58,979 nucleotides of DNA from Nemertoderma westbladi (lineage: Eukaryota > Animalia > Xenacoelomorpha), in assembly GCA_032718475.1 (NCBI GenBank), contig JAUCBJ010007968.1, positions 1-58,979 of the forward strand. The letters are read 5' to 3'. The translations under genes were made by a program, and so were the position numbers. Positions 25,405 to 37,956 of the stretch are shown here, one piece after another. The notes beneath the pieces were generated by a model. The model was not told where the DNA came from and searched no databases. It saw only the letters and a list, made by a program, of their open reading frames with translations. Positions within the stretch are counted from its first letter, which is position 1; each line of letters starts with the position of its first letter.

Positions 25405-28400
25405 CTAAGGTGCGCCCTCAAGCAGGCAACACTTTCCTACAGCCCTTCTGTAGGTCTTTCTATCTTTCGCTCCTATTTTGCCACCTATCCGCACTTCTAC
25501 CGATCGGACTCTTCCGTCCTCATCGGAGTAAGTGCCCACAACTCTCACCAATCGCCACTGGTTGTTGATGATGGTATCGTCGGTGACGATCACCAGATCA
25601 CCCTCTTTTAACTCCCTATTCATATTCCTCCACTTGCTTCTCCTATGAGCGTGGGTAGATATTCCTCAACCCAGCTTCTCCAGTACTCTGCGCTTATCGC
25701 CTTGGTGACTTTCCAACTCTGTCGGGAGTGTATATTGTCTGGGTCTACACCCCGCATGTCGATGGTCGGCGGCCTCTCCATTAGAAAGTGACTGGGCATC
25801 AGCACATCTAATGACTCTGGGTCATCATTTTCTGGATATAGCGGTCTGCTATTAATGATACCCTCACACTTTGCTAGTACCGTCCTCAGTACGTCCTCTG
25901 TTACCATGTGGGTGTTCATCAACTTCGTCATCAGACGCTTGGAACTACCCACGAGTCTCTCGACGCATCCTAGAGTATGCGGAGCATACGGCGTCCTCCT
26001 CTCCCACTTCACCTGTCGTCTTCTCATGGCTGCCCTGACTTCCTCCCCTTCCAGGATATCCTTGGCATCCACCAGCTCGTTCTCTGCCCCCACAAAGTTG
26101 GTTCCGTTGTCGGAGTATATTACTGCGATCGTCCCACCTTTGTGGTCTCTGAACCTCTCTAGGGCATTGATGAATGCCGATGCTGTTGCATCTTGGGCGA
26201 GTTCTATCCCTACCGCCCATGTGTTGTTACATACAAAGATGATGCAATAGCGTTTCTCCGTGTGCCGCATCACCTTAATCTTTATCGGCCCGAACATATC
26301 CACACCGCAGTGCGTGAATGGCGGGTCGTGCTGTCTCACCCTACTGGCCGGTAATGGCGCCATTTCCTGTATGGCCCGCTCCTTCTTCGCCCGTCGGCAG
26401 GTTTGGCACTGCCCCACTACCGCCTTTACCTTCTTTCTTAGCTGTTTGACCCAAAAGGTCCTTCGTATCTCCGTGAGGGTTCTGTTGGTGCCCCTGTGCA
26501 ATATCGACTTATGGGAGTCCCAGATGATCTGGTGGACTATCGGCGATCCATCATTAAGATTCCATCATCATTGAGTTGTGGTGACAGTGTGATCAGCTCA
26601 CTGTCCCGTCGGAGATGCTGTTGTTTACCGAAGCGTTCCACCTCGTCGCCGTAATTCTTTCTCTGTTCGTAGCGGATGACGGCCTTGGCCGCTCCCTCCA
26701 GATCGACGGTTGTTTTACCTTTTGTGTCTTTACCGATTCCCCTAAGGAAGTCCCCGAAGGCTCTCCAGTACGCCACTAACTTCTTGGTCTTGTACCAACT
26801 TGAGCTGTAGCTAAGGAGTTTGTCCGTCGGGTTATCGCACAGTTCTTCCGGTTTCGGTTGCACGTCCCTTATCTCCCTCACCATCTGGCTGTATATCTCC
26901 TCACCTTATAAATCTCCTCCCTCTTCCTCTAATGCTATTTCCCCTGAGCCCGTGTCCACCTTTCTCATCGGCGGCCAGGCTGTCTTATCGTTCAGAAATT
27001 GCGGCCCATGCATCGGCGGCCAGGCTGTCTTATCGTTCAGAAATTGCGGCCCATGCTGCCACAATACTTCCTTCTTCAAGAAAGTGTGGCGTGCTACGCC
27101 CCTCGATAACAAGTCCGCTGGGTTCTCGTCCATTGGGCAGTAGTGCCACCTTTCTAACTCTGTCGTTGCCCTTATTTCGTCCACCCGGTTTGCGACGAAT
27201 ATAGGGTATCTTGTCCTTTCGTTATGTAGCCAACCAAGCACTACCATGGAGTCCGTCCAATAGTGTGTCTCCACTATGTTGGGAATAGCGTCCATTAAGT
27301 AGGCTGTGGCCCTAACTCCTAATCTCTCAGCTGTCAACTCGAGTTTTGGAACTGATGCTGAATCTGGTGGCGTTGACTTCGATTTGCTGAATGCGAGTCT
27401 GGGCTTATGAACCCCCTCTCATTGTACTAAGTAGAGTGCCGCACCGTATGCCTCTAATGATGCATCGGAGAACATGTGCAGATCCAGATTTGTCATGTCC
27501 CCATCCGGGAAATATACGCGTGGCATGCTGTATGTTCCCATCTGCTCTAAACTCTCTGTCCACTTGCTCCATTGCTTGCTGATCTCTTCCGGGAGTTCTA
27601 TGTCCCAATCCTCCTTCAGTTTGTATACTTTCTTGAGTATCTGTTTCCCCGTGACTAGTAATGGGGATGCTAGGCCTAGGGGATCGTATATCCTTGCTAT
27701 GTACGAAACATAGCCCCTCTTTGTGTGGATGTCTGCGCCCTCCTGACTCAACTGGTATTTCAACTCGTCTGTCTCTCGGTTCCACACGATCCCTAGTGCC
27801 TTCTGTTGGGACTCTACTCTCTTGTTCGCCATGTCCTGTCCCTTGGCTGTCGTGGGATTATCCATGGTCGACTCTGGCCTCCTGTCCTCTATGGCTTTCA
27901 TGAACTCTTGCGAGCTGGATTGGAACTTGGTTAGGTTAAACCCGGATCCTTTTAGGATGTTGCGAACCTCGCGCCCCGTATCCAGTAGTTCCTTAACCGT
28001 ATTTCCAGACTCCATCCCGTCGTCTACATAGAAGCCGCGTTGAATCATATCGACGGCTTTGGCGCTGCATTTATCTTCCTTCCCTTCTACCGTGTATCTT
28101 ACGGCCACAGTCGTTGTAACCGAAGACGACTTGGCTCCCATATTCTGTACTACCATCTTGTACATCGGTATTGTCGACGGTTCCTTTTCGCCGTTGTACC
28201 ATAAGAAGCGCTGACTGTCGCTATCCTCTTCCGTTACACAGACTTGGTTGAACATGCCTTCGATGTCGCAGATGAAAGCGTGTTTTCCGTTCCTGAATCT
28301 GAGTAGGACCTCGATCCCTGAGTTGTAGATGTTGGGACCCTCCAGCAGATAATCGTTTAGGCACTTGCCGTCGGTTTTAGCCGATGCGTCAACTACTATC

Positions 28401-30655
28401 CGCAGTTTACCTTTCTTCGGGTCTAGAGCCACGTGGAGTGGCAGGTAATAGGTCCTGTCCGTGTTTGGTTCGTCGACCGGTAACTCCACGGCCCATCCTT
28501 TCTCGACATACTTCCTAATCGTCTTATGAATGTACTCATTCTTCTTGGGGCTCCGTTTTAACGTCTGCTTCAACTTACGAAGCCTCGTGAGTACCATTCC
28601 TTTATTGTCGGGTAGCGGTAGCTTCGGTAGCTTCCATACCATCCCTATGGTATACCGCCCCTCGTCGCATGTCATCGATTCCTTTACACTTTGTAAAGCC
28701 TGCTTGTCTTCTACCGAGGTTCCGACCCTGGTCTCTTTTAATCCCTCAAAATCCTGCCTGAGCAGTCTCCTGAGCTGCTCCTCCGCTCCCTCATCTCCCA
28801 TTTCTCGCATAGTTCCCACGAACATGCATCCTGATGTCTCCGACATCCTAAACGGTATTTTGCTCCTGATTGGGCCGCTCAGCGTCCACCCGAATGGTGT
28901 TAAAATCGCCACCGGGTCACACTGCCTGTCTTCGCCGAAGACCGTTTGCTTTCTCTCGTGGGCCGTCGGGCAGTCCATTCCTACTATAATGGATACTTTC
29001 CTAACGTCCACCTCTGGGATTGAGAAGTCGATACTGTCCAGGAATTTGTATTGTTCGACCTCGATGTTGGTTGGCCGCCTGGCGTTGATATTTATCGACT
29101 CTATCACCTGGATGGGGTCGATGGTCGCCCCATAGTCGCATCCCGGTGCTATCGCTGCTATCACGCACCGTCCGGTCCTCATCTCCAGGACCTCATCTTT
29201 GCTGGAGATGGTTGTTACCGCCATTCTACTTGGCCTCGTTCTCAATCCTATCTCTTCGGCCACCCAATCCTCAACCAGCGTGAAGGCTGCTCCACTGTCG
29301 ACCAGCATCAATGTGGTCACTGATCGATTGCCTTCCCCAATCACTCGCACTGGTACTACCCCAAGTAGTACCGTTCCTCTCTTCTTTGCCCCTACGGTGC
29401 TCGTTGCCATCGTCTGACCTTTACTTTGACCGAACTTAATTGGCGTTTCCTTGCATTGATTAGCTCTATGTCCACTCATCACACATTGCGAGCAGATTTC
29501 GTTTCTTCTCGCGTATTCTACCTGATCTTCCCTGGGTAGTGCTTGCCAGTACCTGCAGTTCATGGTCTGATGAAGTGCATTTGTATGTAATTGGCATTTG
29601 CTCTTCGGGTTGTAGCCATCCTTATAAAGTGCGTTGCATATCGCACTTATGTTTGTACCAAAGTCCCTACTATTCTTATTGTTTGGGTTCGGCCTACTGG
29701 GCGTGCTGGGGTTATGTTTATTTGTGTTGTTATTTTTCCCCTGTCCGCTCCATGATGTGGTCTTACCTCCGGCTACTTGTGGACTGGCAGTCCCCTGCGT
29801 TGCTGCGTACGGCAGTGATTGTCTGAGCTTTGGCAATGCGTTCGACGTTTTGTGTTCTGGTTTCGGCCTGTGGTAATCGGTCTTTGGTCCCTTTCCCAGG
29901 CTATCCTCGCTATAGACTGGGTCCGTTATTAGTTCAGCTTCATAGTTTAAGAAGCTCGACATCTCTTCTAAACCCAGTTCCGCACCCTTCCTGTCTCGAG
30001 TGGAGAAAGCGATCTTCCTCCACTTGTTGTGCAACCACATCGGCAGTGCCTGCGCTATCGTGGTGATTTTAGTGGATGCGTTAAGTTCGTATGGCGCGTC
30101 CAGTGTCTTTAGCATGATTAGCGCTTTCTCGACTTTGTTAGCGAATGTCTTTATGCTAACGGGGTTATCCTGTAGGCCACCCAATGTTATACCTCTTAGG
30201 GTCTGTCGGATGATCTTGGCCGGGTGCCCGTACTCCCTGTCTAGTGCACGCCATGCTGTCGTGAAGCCACCCTTGATGCCCTGGTATTGCCTCACGATGT
30301 CGTATGCTGGGCCTCCTGTATATACTTGCAGATACTTTAGGCACTCCGCTTGCGTCAAGTTTTTTGTTAGTATTTCATTGCTATACATGCGCCGAAACTG
30401 CAGGTATTCTTCCGGCCTACTTCCATCGAATTTGAACGGTTCCACGGGTGGTAACTCGATCCTGGTTTTTAAGGCATCGATTAATGTAGCCATTCCCATC
30501 GCTTGCGCTTCCAATGGGTTCGATGGATGCTGTATAGGCTCTCCCGTTGGGTGCTGTCCGTTCGTCCTGTCTGGCGCTTTTCTTTGACTTGGATATATCA
30601 TTGGGGGTAGCGGCCCCCTCCATATTTCAGTGTCGCACGATCTATTCTCATCCAA
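25405..30655 (-). pseudogene. BEL/Pao gag-pol (gag, zinc knuckles, aspartic protease, RT, RNase H, integrase); open for 1078 aa, then several frameshifts
   Basis: LPPVEPFKFDG gag motif, CSQCVMSGHRANQC, LVDSGA, YLPLH..KLRIVVDAS, CDIEGMFNQV, FYVDD, IYDPLG, FSDAS, FVANRV, CGVDMFGP, SDNGTNFVGA; 45 bp in-frame duplication at ~26967-27056. Confidence 0.96.
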
Positions 30656-31689
30656 GGGGTTCGATGTTCTTATCCCTATTGGGGTATATTGTTGATATTG
30701 TGATGGGGGAATGTCACCCTGCCCCCCCCCCCCCCACCGGTATGTTTGGTACTGGGGTTGATGTTAATATATTGGGGCCCATGCACCTATCTGCAATAAT
30801 CATCCCCTCCCCTGGATGGATATATGTTATGTCCTTGCATGCTGTAGTCATACTGCTGTGCTGGTACCGGTATAGGCCTATCTACTTCTGGCCTACCTGC
30901 CAGTATGTACTCCGCAACTTCCAGGTTTAATCCCATTGTCCGCGCTATCCTATCGCCTATATTATCTCTCCCAGCATGGCAGTAGTAGGATAAGAAGTGT
31001 CCTCACCATAGTCCTCCCTAGCTTGGGCTATGGGCATTCCATTCGGAGGGGTATAAAAAATGCCAAATTCCGGTGCTAAATTGCGGTGCATGCCATATGT
31101 CACCATCGGCAGTTGCCATCAACCAATCGTAGCATAGCCTAACCTCGCGATGCCCGCCTTACTCGACTGACTAACTAACCCTAATGTTATTCCCCTTTTC
31201 GCCACGTTACCACCACCACCACCACCACCACCACCACCACCACCACTGTATACTGTATATGGTGACGACAACGACAACATGGCCATCTATACGCACCACG
31301 CATATATTATATTATATCGATTGCCAACTCAACGATTTACCCACCGCCAGCTAGAGCTACTCCTCGACTGCTGTCGCCAAACCAACAAACCAGCCAGTAT
31401 GATACATGAAATTCCACCACGTTCCCGCTACGCGTATACGTACATTAGTGATTATTATTATTATTACGCAAAACCAAATAATTTTTAATTATACTGTATT
31501 TCCCTACCGGCTAATCAACCAATCAATAAACCGAATTTAGGCTATTTCTCAGTTTAAGACATGTATTATTTTTGAAAATATCTTATATATAATCTCTTGC
31601 TTTAATCACAATTAATCATTTGTAATGGTTTTAGTTTAAAAGTTTTTACTTTGTTTGTTTGATTTACAATAAAATAAATTAATTAAATA

Positions 31690-32133
31690 ATGTCTTCTAA
31701 TTCCGATATGGTTATGCCAATAGTAAGGCATTCATTTTTTGCAGAAGATGGTGAAGCCTATATTGTTATTGATTATACAATTTACCGTCGGGGAGATGAT
31801 AAATATAAAATTGAGTTTTCTGAAAAAGCCAGTAAAGTTTTAAGCTCAATTGATATTGATGCTTCTGATAATAGTATTCATCTCTTAGATTACAACCTGA
31901 AAGTTGAGCATGAGAGAAAATTAATCAATATCTTACTATTATCCATGATAGAGGGGTTAATTGTTATTACACAATACAACGAAGCTGGTGAAAAGTTTGA
32001 AATACGGCTAAATCGGCATAGCCCCTACGAAATTATGTCTTTCTTTATTGTAATGATTTCAAAAGAATCCTTTGTCGAAACTGAAGAATCAACAGATAAT
32101 GTTGAATATGTTGATAATATTATTGATTCTTGA
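31690..32133 (+). CDS. Polinton hypothetical protein (147 aa)
   Basis: Intact ATG ORF with the same composition as its neighbours; no motif recognised. Confidence 0.6.
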   Translation: MSSNSDMVMPIVRHSFFAEDGEAYIVIDYTIYRRGDDKYKIEFSEKASKVLSSIDIDASDNSIHLLDYNLKVEHERKLINILLLSMIEGLIVITQYNEAGEKFEIRLNRHSPYEIMSFFIVMISKESFVETEESTDNVEYVDNIIDS

Positions 32134-32318
32134 CTTTTCCCACTATATTATAAATATTTTATGATTATTTATAAAATTTTGATGTTTTTAATTATGAAAA
32201 AAAACATCAAATTTTAAATAATCGAAAATTGTAGTAGTAATTGTATATACAGTATAACAGATTTGTTTGTTGTTGTGTATTGAGGTAATTATTTTCAATT
32301 TACTTTAAAATTTGGAAA

Positions 32319-32768
32319 ATGGATATTTTAAATGAAAAATGTTCAGTTTGCTATTCTAAGTTATTGCAACATCGAGATTATTATAAATGTGAAAATAAAC
32401 ATGCAACTTGCGTACAATGTATTGTACAATATTCCGAAATGAATAATTATTGTTCTAAAATTTGTCCTATTTGTCGCGCACCCATATCTAAGTTTAATAT
32501 AAAGTTGGCAAGATACCAACCCTATTATTGGAAAGAGCTTCGAAATATAACTTATATTTCTGCGGAAAGTAATGATCCAGGAGATTTATTTACAATATTG
32601 GAGAATATTTTTTATAGAAATGTAGTACGATGGTGTTGCTACTATATTCCTTATTTTTTTAGCAGCGAACATAAAAAAGTCATTAGCGCGAAATTCTCGG
32701 GAAGTGATTTCCAAACCGCCGATGTTACCTATCATTATATCGCGTATAAAGATGCTCACCATGCTTGA
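32319..32768 (+). CDS. RING-finger protein (putative E3 ligase)
   Basis: CSVC-x11-CENKHATCVQC-x15-CPICR cysteine/histidine pattern. Confidence 0.8.
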   Translation: MDILNEKCSVCYSKLLQHRDYYKCENKHATCVQCIVQYSEMNNYCSKICPICRAPISKFNIKLARYQPYYWKELRNITYISAESNDPGDLFTILENIFYRNVVRWCCYYIPYFFSSEHKKVISAKFSGSDFQTADVTYHYIAYKDAHHA

Positions 32769-32997
32769 AATTACATTGAAAATGAGTCTATACTATAATT
32801 GGAAATAGCACCTTTTGTTGCAGCGAGCGTCACATACTGTAGTTGTGTCATATGTTAATTAAATATACAGTACCGGTACTCTAATATTGTAGTTGCATCA
32901 ATTATTGTTATATACATAGTAATGGTGATGGTTTATTGATATTGATATTTATATTATATTATATTGTATTGTTGATATATCTTAATAATAATAATAA

Positions 32998-33681
32998 ATG
33001 GCTGACTTTAATTCAGGTCCATATAATTTAAACTTTCAAATGGGAACGAGTATGATAATTTCTGGCCCATCTGGTTCTGGAAAGTCAACATTTGTTGGCA
33101 ATTTAATTAAACACAAGAATGGTTGTTTCAACGAAGCCCCCTTGCGAGTATTGTATTGTTACGGGAGCAATCCCCCAACTATTCCTGGTATTACTCACCT
33201 TTACAAAGGTTTGCCAGAAAATATAGATAGTTTAGTGAATAGTCGAGATTTATTAATTATAGATGATTTATTAACAGAAACTGAGTCCAGTACAGCTTTA
33301 ACTGTATTGTTTACTAAGGTAGCTCATCATTCCAATATATTTATTTGTTTTATAACGCAAAACATGTTTTACGGTGGGAAGCATAACCGCACAAGATCAA
33401 TTAATAGCCATACTTTAGTATTAATGAAAAATCCGCGAGACAGTTTATCGGTTTTAAATTTCGCGAAGCAGATGTTACCAGGGCAGACCAAATTTTTAGT
33501 AGATTCCTATCAAGATGGGACTATTGAACCATTTTCGCATTTCTTAATTGATTTACGACAGGAAACACCCGAACATTTAAGATTTAGATCGGATATATTT
33601 CGTAATCATAATTGTTACATTAAAAATTACATTGACTATAAACGTAGCGAAAATAATAATAATAATAATAATAATAAATAA
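32998..33681 (+). CDS. A32/FtsK-like DNA packaging ATPase
   Basis: Walker A GPSGSGKST, Walker B LLIIDD, HHSNI..ITQN, KNPRD, LRFRS. Confidence 0.93.
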   Translation: MADFNSGPYNLNFQMGTSMIISGPSGSGKSTFVGNLIKHKNGCFNEAPLRVLYCYGSNPPTIPGITHLYKGLPENIDSLVNSRDLLIIDDLLTETESSTALTVLFTKVAHHSNIFICFITQNMFYGGKHNRTRSINSHTLVLMKNPRDSLSVLNFAKQMLPGQTKFLVDSYQDGTIEPFSHFLIDLRQETPEHLRFRSDIFRNHNCYIKNYIDYKRSENNNNNNNNK

Positions 33682-33718
33682 TTAATATTTTGTAACAATT
33701 TTCAATAATGTTGCAACA

Positions 33719-34102
33719 ATGAATAGACTTGTGCAGAAATATCGTAACGAACTGGAATTTCTACGCAGCGCTACCCCTCAACAAAGAACTTATTTTATTA
33801 ACCATACCGCGAGTAACGAATTAATACGGCTCATTGTAAATACTACATTAAATGTTCTAAAAGGTAACGTACAATTGACCCCTCATTCATTTAGAAATAT
33901 TCGCCGCTATAAAAAGGTATTGAAATCACTCAACCGTAAAACAAAAAATATATCAAGTTACAGAAAAAAGTTAAGCAATCAATCTGGAGGCATACTACCG
34001 TTTCTAATACCCTTACTCTGCATTGGTGCGAAACTCGCCGCGAGTGCTGGTGCCGCCGCCGCTGGAGCGGCTATTGCGAAAAAAATTAACCGCGGACGGT
34101 AA
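33719..34102 (+). CDS. Polinton virion core protein with an adenovirus pX-like C-terminus
   Basis: NVLKGNV.L motif; QSGG|ILPFLIPLL followed by an Ala/Gly-rich tail. Confidence 0.75.
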   Translation: MNRLVQKYRNELEFLRSATPQQRTYFINHTASNELIRLIVNTTLNVLKGNVQLTPHSFRNIRRYKKVLKSLNRKTKNISSYRKKLSNQSGGILPFLIPLLCIGAKLAASAGAAAAGAAIAKKINRGR

Positions 34103-34326
34103 TAATGGTTAAAACAGGAGTAACATTTAGAAAATTATATTTAGTATCGAGTAAACCGTTAGCTACTGATTTAAAACCTCAAGATATACCTAGAGTAAAT
34201 ACTACAAAAAGAAAACCCTTTAAAACATCAACTTCAAAGAAAATAATAAAAAAATTTCAGTTGTTTTTACGATGATGCCCTTTATAAGAGATTTGAATAT
34301 ACATATTACTTGCGGTTGTCGAAAAG

Positions 34327-35418
34327 ATGCCACGCAAGATGAAACCGATTTTAAGCCGAAGCTTAGACAAAAAACTGTTAAGAATTTATTTAGATCCTTC
34401 ATCCCCTACGGGTTTTGCAAGTATCGCAAAATTAGCAAAAGCTGCAAACATCAAACCAGCTCAAGCCCAGAAATGGTTGAGCGGGCAAAAGACATACTCC
34501 CTTCACGCACCGCGTAGACATCATTATCCAGCATCTAAAATATTTACGGGAGGGTTAAAAGATATATATATGATAGATCTGGTGGATATGCAGCAATATA
34601 AATCTCAAAATAATAATTATAATTATATATTAACATGTATTGATGCCTTTAGCCGGCTTGCTTTTGCCTATGGTATGAAAACAAAAACAGGTATTGAAAT
34701 TATTAGTATATTGCAAAAAATATTCCAAAAGATACATTGTTGTTACAGAATCGCAACTGATCAAGGTTCTGAGTTTCTAAATTAATCTGTAAGGAAATAT
34801 TTAGATACTATTGGTATACAGTATTATGTAATGTACTCTGTGAATAAGGCGGCTATTGTCGAGAGATTCAATAGAACATTAAAAACAAAGATGTTCAAAA
34901 TTTTCACGCAACGGGGAAATAATGTTTGGATAAAAATTTTACCGAAGCTCATTTATGCTTATAATAGGTCATATCATAGGACAATACAAATGACACCCAT
35001 TGAAGTTAATAAATTTAATGAAACTGAATTAATGAATAGATTATATGGGAAATATAGACAGATTAATCACAAGAAAATAAAATTTAAAGTTGGAGATACA
35101 GTACGATTATCTATCGCTCGTACTGCTTTTGCTAAAGGCTATCGAGAACAATGGACACGTGAATTACTTATTATTCGTCGGGTCAGATTGGATAGAGTAC
35201 CAGCGGTAATGTTCGATATTAAGGACAGCGCTGGAGCTATAATAAATGGCTCATTTTATTCATATGAACTCCAAAAGGTCCACCCGAATAGTAATATTTA
35301 TCTTCCGATTGACAAAAATATTGGCAAACTTAAAGAACGTGTACGCAATGGGAAAAAATAATATTTAGTCCGATTCATCGGATCCAAGAAACAGTCGTGG
35401 GTACAGCATATTCAATAA
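34327..35418 (+). pseudogene. Polinton retroviral-type integrase with C-terminal chromodomain-like region; two nonsense codons
   Basis: IDLVDM, TDQGSEF, VERFNRTLK in one frame across the TAA at 34783; FKVGDTVR; after the TAA at 35359 it reads YLVRFIG..SWV. Confidence 0.92.
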
Positions 35419-35678
35419 GTTTAGGTTTATACTGTATATTAATTCATTTTGGTCACATATGTCCATAATTAATTAATCAATCAATATTAACTCGAATGAT
35501 ATTACTATACTATACTATAGTTCATTCGCTTTAAATAAAGCCAGTAAAATATTGATCCCTCGCATATACTGTAGAAGCGGGAATGAACGTGGTCACAGAT
35601 GTCTATAATTTAACATTATACCGTACTGTACTGTATGTACAAAGGAGTCAAGTAGAGAGAGCTTAAATAATAATAATA

Positions 35679-36551
35679 ATGGCTGTAGATACATATATCA
35701 CTCTACTTTCAGATAGCTCATTAAACACTTACCCCAATAATAACCCTAGCGAGTTTACTGTTGATTTAGCCGAAGAATTATATATTGGTCCAAACGCTAA
35801 AATTGGACTCGCCGAGATACAATACCAAGCAACATACAGTAATATTACTCTGCAAACTCAAATCTCGCTGTCAATCGGGGTAGATGCAAAAGATGCCAAA
35901 TTATATAGTTTATTTCCTGGTATGCATAGCTCTATTCAAGTCATTATTGATGATATAAATAAACTGTTTAATTCTGAAGCGAAATATAGAGATTTCGAAT
36001 TCATTTTTAATACAAATAATTCTAGAATTAAATTTAAATTTCCTAAAAAGTTGAAAAAAATACAATTAAGTCTACGTGGTGATTTAATTCAAATTCTAGG
36101 CTTAAAACCGTTATTGGATCAGAATCATCCGGGTATTCCGAATTGGGATATATACAGTACCACTACAGTGGATGAATTAAGCAATATAGAACAGCCGATA
36201 TTAATTTTAAATTATAGTGGACCAAAAATTTCGGAAATTGGGATTTTAGATTTTCCGGCTCCCACGAATATTACTCGTAATAAAGATACAATCTTCATAG
36301 ATACAGATATTATTAAGAGCTCATTTGTTGGTGACGCTTTAGCTCCGCTCTTAAGAACCTGTCCTTTAACACAATTAAATCGAAAATATATTAATCACGA
36401 ATACGAGAGCATTTGCTATTATCCGTTGTTGAATAAAAAACTAAAAACAATCTTAATTACTTTACGTGACGGCCAAGGCGAATTAATTAATTTCAACGGT
36501 GGTCGCACTGTTATAACACTTAAGTTAATACGCGGCGGTGGTGATGGATGA
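35679..36551 (+). CDS. Minor capsid protein (penton-like) 1
   Basis: YITLLSDSS..YPNN.PSEFTVDL N-terminus; IFIDTDII...VGD..APLLR, I.I.LRD..GELINF C-terminus. Confidence 0.8.
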   Translation: MAVDTYITLLSDSSLNTYPNNNPSEFTVDLAEELYIGPNAKIGLAEIQYQATYSNITLQTQISLSIGVDAKDAKLYSLFPGMHSSIQVIIDDINKLFNSEAKYRDFEFIFNTNNSRIKFKFPKKLKKIQLSLRGDLIQILGLKPLLDQNHPGIPNWDIYSTTTVDELSNIEQPILILNYSGPKISEIGILDFPAPTNITRNKDTIFIDTDIIKSSFVGDALAPLLRTCPLTQLNRKYINHEYESICYYPLLNKKLKTILITLRDGQGELINFNGGRTVITLKLIRGGGDG

Positions 36552-37389
36552 GTTCTACGTTAGACTACCAAGTAACTCCTGTCCAATTGATTTTCCTCGT
36601 AATACTGGTAGTAATTATCAGATCAATTTCCATGGCGCCTTACCAATAAATCCAAACGAAAACTGGGTGGTAGGTGTAAAAAGTATATTTTACTTAGCCA
36701 CGTTACCGTCCATGTATAACAATGTAGAGAATGTTATTTTATTATAAAAAGGGAAAAAAAATTTTGAGGATACACTTCCATCCGGTATGTTCTACAGTAT
36801 CAATGACATTATAGATTATTTTAACACTGGGGCGTTGAAAGATAAATTAGAAATAGTTGAAAATACTCAGCAAAATAGGTTGCAATTTATTTTAGGGAAA
36901 ACTGTACGAGAGTTATTTATAGGTCAACAATTAGCCTATTATTTTGGAATTACTGAAAATAATCTCGGAGCGAATTTAAATCCAAATTTTAAAATTATTT
37001 TGAAGACTAAAAATAATATAAAGGGTTATTTAATAAAGGTTATCGGAAATGAAGAAAAAGCTTACCAGATGGTATTTTTATGTCCTCAACCACCCAATTC
37101 TATTCCAGAACCTAAATCAAACATGTACGTGACTACTAATATAATTGAAAATGAATATATTAATGACTTTGGTTTAGCCTTACTTCGTCGTGTCGCGATA
37201 CCTGATGACGTGAAATATGGTAGTGTAATAAATAAAGAATTTGTCAAGGATACAATTCATTATATCCCTGTAAAAAAATCATATAAGATAACATACATTC
37301 ATATTGAAATAACAGACAAAGAAGGAAAAGATTTGAATTTTGAATACGGCACAACTTCAATTACCTTACACTTTAAAAAAATAAATTAA
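36544..37389 (+). pseudogene. Minor capsid protein (penton-like) 2; one in-frame stop at 36745
   Basis: FYVRLPSNS...FPRNT.SNY, WVVGV, MYVTTNII, LLRRV, YIPV, IEITD.EG..LNF..G...ITLHFK. Confidence 0.8.
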
Positions 37390-37390
37390 A

Positions 37391-37954
37391 ATGGATTCCA
37401 ATTTATTTCAAAGATACAGTAAACCTCAATATGGTGGTGCAGACTCTAATCTTGCTGTTTTTAAAGGTGGTAGAAGTACGAGAGGCTCGACGCAAGTTCC
37501 TGTTTTTCGAGGTGGTTCATATATTGACCCTTACGGACAACAAATTGGTGCATTTGGTCCAAACTTAAAACAACGTCGTTTTCAACGTTATCGTAGAGGT
37601 ATGTTGCGAACAAATCAACACGGGGAAGGTATATTTACAGACGCTTTATCTACATTGAAAAAATTTGGTAAGCCATTAGCAAAAAAAGTTTTACAAAAAG
37701 CTTTACCATTTACCACAAAATTTGTGAGACAACACGTAATACCAAAAGGTAAGCGGGTCTTACATCAGCAGGCTAATACAGTTATTAATAAAGCATTAAA
37801 TAAAATGAAACCATCAACAAGATCTGTTGTAGAAAAAGTTTATAGAGATTTAAAGCGACCTACTAGACCAATGTCTATGAACATACATCATCGTCGTAGT
37901 AAAAATAGAAAAATAAAAGGCAAACTGAAACACTGCGAAAAAAGTATTTTTTAA
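37391..37954 (+). CDS. Basic virion core-like protein with adenain-type cleavage sites
   Basis: QYGG, FKGG, FRGG, QHGEGIF followed by an amphipathic helix; Lys/Arg-rich; lies directly before the major capsid gene. Confidence 0.7.
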   Translation: MDSNLFQRYSKPQYGGADSNLAVFKGGRSTRGSTQVPVFRGGSYIDPYGQQIGAFGPNLKQRRFQRYRRGMLRTNQHGEGIFTDALSTLKKFGKPLAKKVLQKALPFTTKFVRQHVIPKGKRVLHQQANTVINKALNKMKPSTRSVVEKVYRDLKRPTRPMSMNIHHRRSKNRKIKGKLKHCEKSIF

Positions 37955-37956
37955 TA

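Larger units (their letters stand above)
14301..30980 (-). mobile_element. BEL/Pao element B: 3' LTR (split), PPT, ORF3, spacer, gag-pol; 5' end cut off at the Polinton insertion
   Basis: LTR halves 14301-14709 and 21892-22077 (TGTGAC...GCTAACA), PPT at 22078-22086, gag-pol 25405-30655, homology to element A ends exactly at 30980. Confidence 0.8.

Noticed and set aside
25855-30587. Many plus-strand ORFs over gag-pol (and similar ones over other RT/integrase genes)
   Set aside because: Antisense shadows of GC-rich coding sequence
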